Below are positions 40,929-51,504 of a stretch of 64,000 nt of DNA, piece by piece (the first letter of the stretch is position 1; every line of letters starts with the position of its first letter). Made by a program: the position numbers and the translations under genes. The notes beneath the pieces are model-generated. The model made no database searches. It worked only from the letters and a program-made list of their open reading frames with translations, and was not told the DNA's origin. Source of the DNA: Longimicrobiales bacterium (GTDB lineage: Bacteria; Gemmatimonadota; Gemmatimonadetes; Longimicrobiales; Gaopeijiaceae). The stretch spans positions 3,200,001-3,264,000 of the forward strand of contig OZ250165.1 of the NCBI GenBank assembly GCA_965238005.1, given 5' to 3'.

Positions 40929-41201
40929 TCCGAAGAGAAACTCGGAAGGGCAGATACCCGGATACCCGAAGGAGGCTGTGGGTGGTGAAGACCCCGTCCG
41001 CCCGAGATCATTGATCCTACGCTCCATCTCGGAAGACGGTTCCGAGGTGTGAGTGGGGAGCAACTCCGAGGGCACGGTGTGTATCTCACCCCATCCGACT
41101 GGGGCAAACTCCAGCACACGGTGCGCCACCGCGTACTCCGGTACTTCCACCGCCACGGTCTGCTCGAACGCCACGTCACCGATGACATGCTCGCCTTATA
41201 G
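40929..41201 (+). mobile_element. IS91-like end repeat joined to internal transposase fragment
   Basis: Repeat then YLTPSDWGKLQHTVRHRVLRYFHRHGLLERHVTDDML (41082-41201). Confidence 0.6.
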
Positions 41202-41204
41202 CTA

Positions 41205-41665
41205 TGCCGAAGTCTTTCCACTGCGAGGAGAGGTCTCTATCCAGCTCCCGCAGCAGGTTGTGGGAAACGCCGCCGAGGGCCAGGATGGGCCGTCAGGATC
41301 TTTGCGCCAGATGGAGTTGAATCGGCCGACCACCTACGCCGAGTTTATCCCGCCTTTCACCGATTCGCTGCCGGCCCCCGGTGGAGCCTTTGGGTACAAC
41401 GTGTGCGAATGCCGAGTGAGATGCCCGAAGAGGCGCGCGGCGCTATTGGAAGACTCTTGCTGAACCCCGAAGTGCTGGTGGCGAATCCCCGCCTGCCAAT
41501 TGGTTCTCCTGACTGGGAAGTGTTAGATGCCGACGGACGATTCCTCGGTGTCGTCACATTGCCAAACCGGTTCGAGGCGATGCAGTTTGTGGGAGACGCT
41601 GTATATGGGGTCTGGCGGGATGGGGGGTGGTGGATGTGGAGTTTGTTGTGAGGCTGGTGATTAGT
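41205..41665 (+). pseudogene. Frameshifted C-terminal remnant of a beta-propeller protein
   Basis: WEVLDADGRFLGVVTLPNRFEAMQFVGDAVYGVWRD; broken frames. Confidence 0.5.
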
Positions 41666-41725
41666 TCGACTTGGTTCGATTCTACCGCATAAGTTCGACG
41701 GCCTACAGCCGAAGGGGAATAATGG

Positions 41726-43543
41726 ATGAACCGGACATCGAGCTGTCTCACTGCGTATCTTATCGGCACCCTAGCGACCGCGTGCGCGACTGACGTTCCG
41801 TTGTCCCAAGACTCGGACCTGAACGTCTTTCTCGACGCGGTCTTTGAGCGCGGTGTCGACGAGAGACCTGAGTTCCAATCACGCCTCGGTCGCAAGACCG
41901 ACAGATTGGGCGAGTGGAATGATCGCTCCGACGAGTTCGCTGCAGCTCAGATCGAAAAGGATAAGGCCGATCTCGCAAGGCTGCGCGCCGATTTCGACTA
42001 CGAGTCGTTGAGCGACCGAGACAAGCTCAGCTACGACCTTTTCGTCTTCAATGCCGAGCAACGGATCCGCAACCACGCGTTCATCCGCCATGCCTACGTG
42101 GCCGACCAGTTCAACGGTCAGGTCACCGGCTTGTTGACGGTTCTCCAAAATAACCACCCGATCGCCGACGTCACCGACGCCGAGGATTATCTATCGCGCG
42201 TCGAAGGCCTCGAGGCGGTACTCGATGGCATGGTGGCGCGGATGCAGGACCGCGCCGAGTTCGGCGTCATCCCCCCGGCCTTCGCCTTCCCGGCGATGAT
42301 CACCGACGCGGGCAGGATCAACTCCGGCGCTCCGATTGAAGAATCACTCGAGGGAAACGCTCTGTACGCCGACTTCAAGGGCAAGCTGGCAACGCTTTCT
42401 CTCGATGAAGCGCAAAGGGCCTCTTTGATGACCCGCGCCGACGATGCCTGGCGGGGGCCATTCAAACGGGGCTTCGACGCACTGATTGCCGAACTGCGTC
42501 GCCTCCAGCGAATGCAAACTGAAAACCTCGGCGTATGGTCGCTGCCCAACGGAGAGGCGTTCTATGAGAACCGCATCCAGAACCACACTACACTCGACCT
42601 GACGGCCGACGAGATCCATCAGATCGGCCTCGACGACGTGGCCCGCATTCATGTGGAAATGGAGATCATCAAGGAGGCCGCCGGTTTCGACGGCAGCCTG
42701 CAGGACTTCTTTGCTTTCGTGCGCACCGATCCGAACAACTTCTACGAGGACAGCGACGCTGGCCGCGCCACGTTCCTCGCCGAGGCGGAACTGCAGACCG
42801 CGGCGATCTTCGAGATCGCCGATCAGTACTTCAACCAACTGCCGCGGGCGGGGCTCGAGGTCCGAAGGGTTGAGCCCTGGCGGGAGAATTCCACCAGCAT
42901 CGCCTTCTACGACGCCCCCTCTCAAGATGGCTCTCGTCCGGGCGTCTACTACGCCAACCTGGCGGACATGAGCAACGTTCAGAAGTACGTCTTCACGGCA
43001 ATCACCTACCACGAAGGCGTACCAGGCCATCACTTCCAGATCGCCCTTGCGCAGGAAATGGAGGGACTGCCTATGTTCCGCAAATTCGGCGGCTACGGTG
43101 CCTTCACAGAGGGTTGGGCGCTGTACGCGGAGCGTCTGGCGCGGGAGATGGGATTCTACGACGAACCGATGCGGGATTTCGGCCGGTTGCAGGACGAGAT
43201 TTGGCGATCGGTACGGCTCGTTACCGACACCGGCATCCACGCCAAGCGATGGACCCGGCAGCAGGCGATCGACTACTTCACCCAGAACACGCCGATCTCC
43301 GAGGGCGACATCGTCACGGAGGTCGAGCGCTACTTCGTCAATCCGGGACAGGCGCTCGGCTACAAGATGGGGATGACACAGATCTTGACGCTGCGGGCCA
43401 AGGCTGAGAATGCTCTCGGCGACCGGTTCGACATCCGTGAATTTCACGACGCCGTCATCGGCGCCGGCGCACTGACCCTCCCCATACTCGAGCAGCAGGT
43501 GGATAGATATATCGCACAGGAGCTGCGTCGCGGCGGCGGTTAG
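41726..43543 (+). CDS. DUF885-family lipoprotein (putative metallopeptidase)
   Basis: HEGVPGHHFQ, EGWALYAE, RLVTDTGIH, PGQALGYK. Confidence 0.9.
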   Translation: MNRTSSCLTAYLIGTLATACATDVPLSQDSDLNVFLDAVFERGVDERPEFQSRLGRKTDRLGEWNDRSDEFAAAQIEKDKADLARLRADFDYESLSDRDKLSYDLFVFNAEQRIRNHAFIRHAYVADQFNGQVTGLLTVLQNNHPIADVTDAEDYLSRVEGLEAVLDGMVARMQDRAEFGVIPPAFAFPAMITDAGRINSGAPIEESLEGNALYADFKGKLATLSLDEAQRASLMTRADDAWRGPFKRGFDALIAELRRLQRMQTENLGVWSLPNGEAFYENRIQNHTTLDLTADEIHQIGLDDVARIHVEMEIIKEAAGFDGSLQDFFAFVRTDPNNFYEDSDAGRATFLAEAELQTAAIFEIADQYFNQLPRAGLEVRRVEPWRENSTSIAFYDAPSQDGSRPGVYYANLADMSNVQKYVFTAITYHEGVPGHHFQIALAQEMEGLPMFRKFGGYGAFTEGWALYAERLAREMGFYDEPMRDFGRLQDEIWRSVRLVTDTGIHAKRWTRQQAIDYFTQNTPISEGDIVTEVERYFVNPGQALGYKMGMTQILTLRAKAENALGDRFDIREFHDAVIGAGALTLPILEQQVDRYIAQELRRGGG

Positions 43544-43561
43544 CCAACCTCGACGGACGGT

Positions 43562-43750
43562 AGAAGACTCGAGGCTACCGGGGACGGTGCACCTGGAAGC
43601 GAGCGCATCATCTATCGTCTCCCCCATCCCGCACCAGATGGTACCACCGCTCTCTCGCTCACTCCTCTCGAGTTCCTCGAGCGGCTCGCCCTACTCATTC
43701 ACCCGCCACGCATCCATCGCCACCGCTATCACGGGGTGCTGGCTCCCGGG
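43562..43750 (+). pseudogene. IS91-family transposase fragment
   Basis: IIYRLPHPAPDGTTALSLTPLEFLERLALLIHPPRIHRHRYHGVLAP (not in ORF track). Confidence 0.75.
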
Positions 43751-44830
43751 GTCAACATCCGAGCCCATCGAGCGCAAGGGCTGCATGGGAGGATCAGGCC
43801 GAGGTCAACATGCTAAGTGGCGAGCGCGTCACTGACTCCATGTCCCTCCTACTGTCAACCACTAACGACCAAAGCTGTTCCCGCGCTATTGGCTCGGCAT
43901 CGGCATCGTAGCCGTCAGGCTGTATGTGGTGGCCCCCGGGCCGGGCAGGCCGGTCGTCTCCACCGTCACGGTGCCGGTGAACCCGGTCACACGCCCGTTT
44001 TCGCCGACGGTTGCCGTTCCGTTGAAGCGGTAGGTGGCGGGACCCATCACGTCGCCGGTGCCGGAAGCAATGATCTCCCAGGCGTTGAGAGCCGCCACGA
44101 AGATGATGGTCCCAGTCAAGTTGACCCACGGGGGCGAGCCCGTAATCTCGACGGCCCCGTTTGGCAGTTGTCTCAGCGTCAGTGTGCCGAGGCCGAGCAA
44201 GCCGATGTAGTGGTCGTGGCCGTCCGGGGCGGACATGAGCGAAATCCCTGTATCCAGCGGCCCCTTGTCGCACGGGTTTCCGTCGGCCCCGTCTTCGAAA
44301 ACGGGGCCGTCGTCACTGCGCATACCCATCGCGACGATAGCATCGGTTCCACCAACACCTTTGGCGCCCGGCATCACGCCGTCACCTCCGTTTCCACCCT
44401 CACCGGTTCCTCCAAATAGGAACACTCCGTTCGACGCGCCCTTGTTGGATCCGTCGAAGCCCTGGCCCGGAGCTCCATCACCCCCATTCCCATCTCCGCC
44501 CTTGCCACCATTGCCACCGGGCTTGATATCACCCACCAGACAGTCGTCGAATCCGTTCCCACCTATACCTTCAAGGAACTGGGCCATACCGCCATCGCCA
44601 GGCGTCCCGGGATAAGTGTCCTCGTTGCCATTCCTCAAGACCATCAATTTGCCGCCAGGACCACCACTGGATGTCATGGTGCCGCCGGCGCCACCCGGCT
44701 TGAACATCATGTTGCCGTTTCCTCCAGTGCCTCCCTGAGCGAGAGCCATGCCCCCGGTACCGCTGGCCCCTCCGAAGAACTCCACGCTCAGGAGGCCGGC
44801 GACAAGTCCCCTCGGCACCAAATCACCTAG

Positions 44831-46432
44831 GAGTCTGCGCCGCAGAAGCACAGCTGACTGAGCCGAATGGTCATCGAGCCGTCCGCGGCGAGGCGGATCC
44901 GGGTGATTGGGAGGTTGAGGACTTGTGTCTGCGACGGATCGGGAGAGCGGAATGGATGCGTTGGGGGGGGCAAGAGAGCTACGAGAGCCCTCGCGCCGGC
45001 AGATGCGGGTGAACCCTCGTGCAGTCATGCCGCCTGAAGGGTGTGCAGCCGCTTCACATTGAGTGCCAGGCACACGAGGGTCCACTCGGCCCGGACCTTC
45101 TCGAGGCCCCGGAAGCTGAATCGTCGAAAGCCCATCACTTCCTTGATCCAGCCGATGGGCGCCTCGGCCTGCGACTTTCGCCGTGCGTAGCGTCTGCGGC
45201 CATCTTCGCTCGCCAGCTTCTCCGCCATGCGGACTTTCGCCGGATATTCCTCCTTGTCAACCGTGGGGGCGGCCTTGCCCTCCCGGGCCAGCGCCACATA
45301 CCCGTCGATGTCTCGCTCTTCCAGTTCCTCGAGATCCCGCTCGTTGCAATAGCCCGTGTCCGCCAGCACCTGCGCCGGCGTCTCGCCGTACGCTTGCGCC
45401 ACCGCGTCGACCATGGGCACCAGCTGGCCCTGGTCGCTCGCGTTGTCCGTCACCTCGGCCCCGACCACCAGCTGGTTCTCCCCCTCCACGACCGTCTGTG
45501 CGTTGTAGCACTGCTGGAACCCCTCCGAACTCGTCTTCATGATCCGGCTCTCAGGGTCCGTGAAGTTGCTCTGCGCCGCCTCGTCCGGCTCTCCGTACTC
45601 CCGCTTGTAGGGCCTGCCGCCCTTCGGGTTGCGCGTCTGCCCCGGCTTGCGGCCCCGTGCGTCGTCCGCCGCTCTCTGCTCGGCTTCCAGGCGCGCCTTC
45701 GCCTCCCGGATCGCCGCCAGCCGGTCCTCGCGCCGCTTGAGCTCCTCCGGCACCTCGTCTCCGCATGCTTCCTCGCCGTAGCGCTCGTCTTCCGCTTCGT
45801 CCACCGCCTCGGCCCTCTCCAACAGCCCCCGGATCTCCGCCTCCAGCCGAGGCTCCCCGGTCACCATCCGGCCGTAGCTCATCGCCTTGCGCTTGTTCGC
45901 GTTCGCCCGAACCTTCGTCCCGTCCACCGACACCCTGCCAAGCCCCGCCAGCCCCAAGGCCCGCGCGAGCATCACCACCTCCACAAACACCGCCCGGAAA
46001 TCCCCGAGATGGCGCTTGCGGAACTCGCACAGCGTCCGGTGCTTCGGGAAGTTCTCCGCCGCCAGCATCCGAAACGCGACATCCTCCTCCAGCTTCCTCG
46101 CCATCTTCCGCGACGAGAAGGTGCCCGTCGCATACGCGTAGATCAGCACCTTGACCATCATCCGAGGGTCGTACGGCGAGTTGCGCCGCCCGTCCCCCCG
46201 GTACCGCCCGTAGAACGCGCTCAGCTCCACCGCGTCCACCAGGTCGCTCACATGGTGCGCCAAATGACCCTCCGACACCCACTCCCGAAGATCCGGAGGC
46301 AGCAACAACATCTGCTCCGGATCGTACGGTCGAAATGTCGTTCCCATTCACCCCCCTCGGTGATCCGCAAGCCTTCCCAATGCCTTCGCTACCACCAAAG
46401 ATAGCCGCCGCAGGGTTCTGCGGCGCAGACTC
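44831..46432 (-). mobile_element. IS1182-family insertion sequence (1602 bp)
   Basis: Perfect 17-bp IR GAGTCTGCGCCGCAGAA; CTAG TSD at 44827-44830 and 46433-46436. Confidence 0.9.
45025..46347 (-). CDS. IS1182-family transposase
   Basis: YDPRMMVKVLIYAY...SSRK, VDGTK, NFTDPESRIM, LADTGY, FRRFSFRG. Confidence 0.92.
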   Translation of the reverse strand: MGTTFRPYDPEQMLLLPPDLREWVSEGHLAHHVSDLVDAVELSAFYGRYRGDGRRNSPYDPRMMVKVLIYAYATGTFSSRKMARKLEEDVAFRMLAAENFPKHRTLCEFRKRHLGDFRAVFVEVVMLARALGLAGLGRVSVDGTKVRANANKRKAMSYGRMVTGEPRLEAEIRGLLERAEAVDEAEDERYGEEACGDEVPEELKRREDRLAAIREAKARLEAEQRAADDARGRKPGQTRNPKGGRPYKREYGEPDEAAQSNFTDPESRIMKTSSEGFQQCYNAQTVVEGENQLVVGAEVTDNASDQGQLVPMVDAVAQAYGETPAQVLADTGYCNERDLEELEERDIDGYVALAREGKAAPTVDKEEYPAKVRMAEKLASEDGRRRYARRKSQAEAPIGWIKEVMGFRRFSFRGLEKVRAEWTLVCLALNVKRLHTLQAA

Positions 46433-48527
46433 CTAGGACGGCTTTGTTGGCCTCGGGGAAATTATCACCGCCCGTGCCACCCGTCGCTGAGGCATTTCCG
46501 CCATCCTCCGCCGGTTGGGTGTCCGTGGCATCGTCTCCGAGATCTCCAGACGCCGACGCCGTGCCCCCCATTCCGCCGCTTCCGGCGACCAGGGTGATTA
46601 GCCTGATGTCCTCTACGAAGATCTCACCGGCACCAGCCGCGAGATCGACGAGCAGCGTGCCCGCATTGCCGCCGTCTCCGCCGAAAGCCACGGCGTCCTC
46701 ACTCGAGGCTTCTCCCGGGCCACCATTGCCTCCACTACCCGCCTGGAGACGGGTTGAACCACCCGTAAACGAGATGCCGATCTCGCTGCGGATGGTAACC
46801 CCACCGCCGTGTCCACCAAACCCTCCATTCGCGGCCATGGACATGTCGTTGCTGAACCCCTCCCCTCCGTTGCCACCGTCCTGGGCAGTGAGGGAAGAGC
46901 TGGAGAGCACCGCACGATCCCGCCCACAGTTCACCTCGATATCGTTGCCGTCGTATCCGTCCTCACCATCCGGCTGACCGTCGGCTCCATCTTCGGCAGG
47001 AGGGAGATCGATAATGCTGCGATTGATGAAGCATGGAAAAGTAGGGCTGGCACTTGCCGCCGCGGCGGGCGCGGGGTTGGCATCCGCAGAGATGTCGGAG
47101 ACCAACGAGACAGGACCCGACGTAGTGATGACAGCGTCTTCGAGCGTGAAGCCCGAGCCCGACAGGATCGAGATTCCGGGAGGCATTGCCATTCCGGCGC
47201 AGGGTGTATTGATCGTCCCTACCAGGCTGATGAGGCCGACGGCTTGGAGACTCACGCCGACGCAGTTGCCGGTAATCGTTCCGGCGATGCTCATCGTCTC
47301 GGTGGCGTTCAGGACGAGGTCGGCATCCACGGTGACCGTGACGCCGACCGGGACCGTGAAGGTCGTCACGTCGACGGTGCCACTCAGCGTGAGGTCTTCC
47401 GTGGGCTCGAGCGGCCCAATGGCTGGCCTGACCTCCGTGCTGGCGGTCCCCGATGCGGCGCCCACCGTTGCCGAGATGGTCGCCATGCCCTCGGCCACGC
47501 CGGTGGCCAAGCCGTTTGCGTCCACCGACATCACCGCCGGTGCAGACGAGCTCCATGCTATTGTGGCACCCGGGATGGCCGCGCCGACGCCGTCCAGGAC
47601 CTCGGCGGCGAACTGAAGCGTCGCTCCCACCACGATGGAGCCGGTGGCGGGTGTCACGTTCACGGTCGTGGCCATCTGAATGACCGTGATGACCGCCGTA
47701 GCGGACTGGGGCGCGCCGTTGATGTTCGTCGTGGCAGTGATCGTGACCTGACCCGGGGTCAGCCCCGCCACGGCCCCCGTGGCGTCAACGGTGGCCACGG
47801 CCTCGTTGGATGATGACCAGGTGAAGGATTGGCCGGCCACCGTTGCGCCCGAACCATCGGTAACCCGGGCGATCAACGTGGTATTGCTCCCCGTCGCGAG
47901 CTGCGCGGTGCCCGGAGAGATCGCCACCGTGAATGTTTCTGGCCCTGATCCGCTGTCACCACCGCAGGATGCAAGGGCGAGAGGGAGCACGACCGAGACG
48001 AGAGCGACCGACAAGAGTCGACTGAGACGCATGGTACCACCGTGTCTAGGGGTTCTTGGGCAACCGGTGGTGGCAGGAAACCACGACCACGAGAGCCAGT
48101 GCCTCTTCATATGTGTCCCCCTCCCTGAACGCACGCAAGTAGGAGGTCGTGGCATACTTAGAGCATCCGCCAGGACAGTCCTCCTGTGCGCTGGATCGCC
48201 ACAGTCACAGTGTGGACTGGAACGGCTTCAATGACTGGATCACAAAATCCCAAACACACCGGGTGCTCGGTCTCAATCCGAATGACTGGTAAAGATCGAG
48301 GCTTCGGTCGGCTACTTGGCGTAGGACCTCCGGTCCCAAAGCGGGAGTGGTTCGGCAAGGCTTGTGACGGGGTCCGGTCCGGCCCAGCCCGCAGAGATGT
48401 GAGTGCCCTTCTGGAGGCCCATCTCGTGAACGTAGGCTTCCCGTTTGCGGCCCTGGGGCTGGGCGGCCTTGCTTGGAGAGTCTCGTTTCCGGCCCTCATC
48501 GTGTCCCTGGTGGTGGTGGGTGCGCGG

Positions 48528-48805
48528 TGACTCGGCGATGGCTCGCAGCCGCTTCGCATGGGCGAGCACGAAGTGGATCCCCCGCTCCTGGAGTCGATCG
48601 AAGAGCCACGGCCAGGCCGGACTCGTCTCGACGACCACCTCGAGGGGGCGGAATGGGTTGAGGAGCTCATCGAGTCGATCCGTTTCCTTGTTCTTGATAC
48701 GAACGGGTCCGTGTACGAGCTGACCTCTACCGTCCCTTGATATCGGGGGGAAACCGGGCCGCGCCATCGAATCCCGGCCGTGTGGACGGTAAAGATCGAG
48801 GAGGT
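48528..48805 (-). pseudogene. IS110-family transposase N-terminal remnant
   Basis: VVVETSPAWPWLFDRLQERGIHFVLAHAKRLRAIAES. Confidence 0.55.
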
Positions 48806-48968
48806 GTGGATACCCGCGAGCCTTGTTCGAGAACAGAATGTTGTAATCGGCGCGAAGCTCAAGATACCCGCCACCAAACACTCTCACGCCCACGATGCGG
48901 CGAGTCCTCGTGATCGGGCCGGGTGGTGTGGGGAAGACGACGCTTTCGGTAGCGATTTCCATCACGAG

Positions 48969-50420
48969 TCACCACGTAAGGATGACCCGGCCATTGGCCG
49001 TGCCCCAGTTCCAGCCGGCGCGGTGGGGGTCGTAGTCGTACGCTCCACCGACGACGATCCTGGCGTTCTCGAAGCTCGATCCCAACTTCAAGAGAAACCG
49101 GTAGAACTCGTTGTCCAGGATCCCCCTCACGTCCATCCTGCCCAACCCCCGCGGAACCCTCGTGGTGCTGGTCAGGAGGCTCACCTGACTCAGGAATCCG
49201 CCCCTCGCGGTGAACGCGAGGTCGAGCTTGGTCAGCCATGCCTTAAGCAGGTAGTCCACGTCTCTCGATGGGTCATCCGTCACGTCACGGCGCTCGGGCA
49301 GCCACATTCGCACGGCGGTGCCACTGATCGTCCATCGCTCGGACGGACGAAAGGCGAGGAAGGCCTCGGCCTCGGTGCTGCGCTCGACCAACTCGTAACC
49401 CTCGACGGACGCGGCGACGGAGTTGGGTGTCCGTTTGGAACGAGCTCTCACATTGGTGACCGAACCGGCGACGAGAACGCGCGGGTTCGGGGTCCACTCC
49501 AGCAGCGTGCCCGCAAACCAGACCGACTCGTCGAGCGTGAAGCCCAACGCACGATCGTCACTCTGGTGGACCACGACGATCGACGGAAGAACGATGCTCC
49601 CGTAGGCCTCGAGGCGTACCTCGTCGCTCAACGCCACCTCCCCGGAGGTGCGTAACGCGATGGGCTGACGTTCGTAGACGACCGTCGTGTCTCCCCGATG
49701 GTGAACGGCGGCGCGACGCCTCACGAAGAGCAGGTTGTTGAGAAAGTCGAGTACGGTGAACTGGGCGGTGAGCTTCGCGGGGCCGGAGTTCCACTGTCCG
49801 CCCACCCATATGTCCCCCCCGTTCTTGTGCGGATCGAGGTGCAATCCAGCGAATGCCACCGCCCTCTCTTCGAGGTCGCGTGAGAAGCGAATCCGCACGG
49901 CGCTCCCATCGAAGCGGGGTCCGGAGATCTGATCGACTCGGACCCCCATGTTCCAGGGCCCTCCCAGCGGGACCTTGGCCTTGAACTCCGCGAATGCGGC
50001 CAGATCCAGAGAGGTGGCACTCCCACCCCTCCAGCGGAAGCCTTCGTCACGTTGGTACCAGCGGTAGCTCTCCATCGGGCTGAAGCGAAAGCCCAGCAGA
50101 TCGAGAAAGTACTTGCTGTCGATCAGGTCGGTGAATCGCTTCAGCGTTCCTATGTCGCTGAATTGCCCGCCGAAGGAGTCCTTACGGTCGAGCAGGGTGA
50201 GCCAAAGCTCTTCCTCCCACGTCCGGAGCGTGGCGTGGCCCACACTGTCCGCCAGGGCGGGGTCCGGTGTATTGCCGCTCCCTTGCCGACCCTGAGCGTG
50301 GCCGGGACCCGGAAGGAGCAAAAGGCAAACAAGGAGAGCAGGTGACACCGTGAGTCGCGTCGTCCGGCCTTGCCAGGGGGGCCAACGCACCCGCTCTTCG
50401 TGTGATCGCACTTGATCCAT
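48969..50420 (-). CDS. Probable outer-membrane beta-barrel protein
   Basis: Signal peptide ...PGHA-Q; alternating beta strands; C-terminal GRVILTW; start uncertain. Confidence 0.6.
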   Translation of the reverse strand: MDQVRSHEERVRWPPWQGRTTRLTVSPALLVCLLLLPGPGHAQGRQGSGNTPDPALADSVGHATLRTWEEELWLTLLDRKDSFGGQFSDIGTLKRFTDLIDSKYFLDLLGFRFSPMESYRWYQRDEGFRWRGGSATSLDLAAFAEFKAKVPLGGPWNMGVRVDQISGPRFDGSAVRIRFSRDLEERAVAFAGLHLDPHKNGGDIWVGGQWNSGPAKLTAQFTVLDFLNNLLFVRRRAAVHHRGDTTVVYERQPIALRTSGEVALSDEVRLEAYGSIVLPSIVVVHQSDDRALGFTLDESVWFAGTLLEWTPNPRVLVAGSVTNVRARSKRTPNSVAASVEGYELVERSTEAEAFLAFRPSERWTISGTAVRMWLPERRDVTDDPSRDVDYLLKAWLTKLDLAFTARGGFLSQVSLLTSTTRVPRGLGRMDVRGILDNEFYRFLLKLGSSFENARIVVGGAYDYDPHRAGWNWGTANGRVILTW

Positions 50421-50580
50421 ACCCCTGTGGATCGCACCTCGCAGCTCCGGGGATCGTAGCCGAGCGGTATCGCGCCACCGGGAGCTTCCGTAAACGGCGC
50501 TATCGGCGGTCCGCGCCTTCGTAGGCTCCGGCTACACGGAGCTATGGCCTGGAGACAAGCTCCGTCGCCGAAAGGCGGAC

Positions 50581-50994
50581 ATGACAGACGGACCAATTTC
50601 ACTCAGGAGGAGATCCCAGGCAACGGAAAAGCCGGCACAACCCCGTGGTAGACAAGAGCATCCATCCGAGGTACGCGCAGCCGCGATGGCCGCGTTATTG
50701 GCCGGTCAGGGCGTGTCAGCGGTGGCGAGGGAGTACGCGATACCCGAGAGCACCGTGAGCCGCTGGAGGGCTAACGCACGACGAGACGCGGGGCTCTCAG
50801 ACAACATAGGCGAACTCCTGTTGGGATACGTGCGTGAGAACCTCACAACGTTGCAGGTCCAGGCGGTAGCGTTCCGCGATGATGCGTGGCTCAAGGAGCA
50901 GCCCGCCGGCGAGCTCGCGATTTTGCACGGGGTGATGACCGACAAATGCGTCCGATTGCTGGAAGCATTGAATGGAGGAATACCGAATGACTGA
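50581..50994 (+). CDS. HTH protein, phage small-terminase-like
   Basis: AMAALLAGQGVSAVAREYAIPESTVSRW HTH followed by helical domain LHGVMTDKCVRLLEAL. Confidence 0.55.
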   Translation: MTDGPISLRRRSQATEKPAQPRGRQEHPSEVRAAAMAALLAGQGVSAVAREYAIPESTVSRWRANARRDAGLSDNIGELLLGYVRENLTTLQVQAVAFRDDAWLKEQPAGELAILHGVMTDKCVRLLEALNGGIPND

Positions 50995-51002
50995 TCTACT
51001 AC

Positions 51003-51270
51003 GTGGACGATGGCATCATGTTGCCTCCCAATAGGCCGATGGCAATAGGCAAGGAAGCAATAGGCGATGCTTCTGAGGCGTTAGGAATTGGCGCGCCCGG
51101 CTCCTCAGTAACGTGGCAACCCATGAAGATCGAGGTCGCTCGGTCTGGGGATATCGGGTACGCGATTGGCACGTTTGAGGGATCTTTCGTCGATGACGCT
51201 GGAAGTCCTGTACCAATCAAGGGCAAGTACGTCGAGATTTGGAAGAAGCAGGCCGATGGGCGCAGATTCA
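51003..51270 (+). pseudogene. DUF4440/YybH (SnoaL-like) remnant
   Basis: MLPPNRPMAIGKEAI...EVARSGDIGY...GKYVEIWKKQADG; both ends missing. Confidence 0.65.
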
Positions 51271-51504
51271 ACCGTTGCGATCAGCGCCGTAAGACAACTC
51301 AACAGCAACCTGCGCCTTGGATTCGGCGGCACAAAAAGCACACATCAATATGATGGCGATTGGTCTCGTCATAGCCTCCCGCAACCTCAATCCCGTGGGT
51401 CGTGACTCTGCGGGGCGATGCACGAACTGTGCTCACCTACCCCGCAACCTCGGAAGTTCCTCGAATGGGGAGGCAAAGGTATAGAAGCCGACCCCACCTC
51501 GTGG

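Larger units (their letters stand above)
38260..41082. repeat. ~2.8-kb direct repeat copy B
   Basis: Near-identical to 35015-37847. Confidence 0.92.
43886..48032 (-). pseudogene. Surface lipoprotein (two Big_2 Ig-like domains + Gly-rich repeats, 846 aa if restored) interrupted by IS1182
   Basis: LASC lipobox; WSSSNEAVATVD motifs; removal of IS and one CTAG restores NKAVLG-DLVPRG in frame. Confidence 0.85.

Noticed and set aside
41665..41690. GGTTCGATTC T-loop-like tRNA signal
   Set aside because: No T-stem pairing or cloverleaf around it
43886..45085. 399-aa ORF as an independent gene
   Set aside because: Its N-terminus is IS1182 sequence; the rest is the 3' half of the interrupted lipoprotein
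45019..46404. 461-aa + strand ORF and other long antisense ORFs (32376-34037, 42344-43627, 60671-61909, 7162-8073)
   Set aside because: Shadow ORFs opposite well-supported genes, common in high-GC DNA; no recognisable motifs
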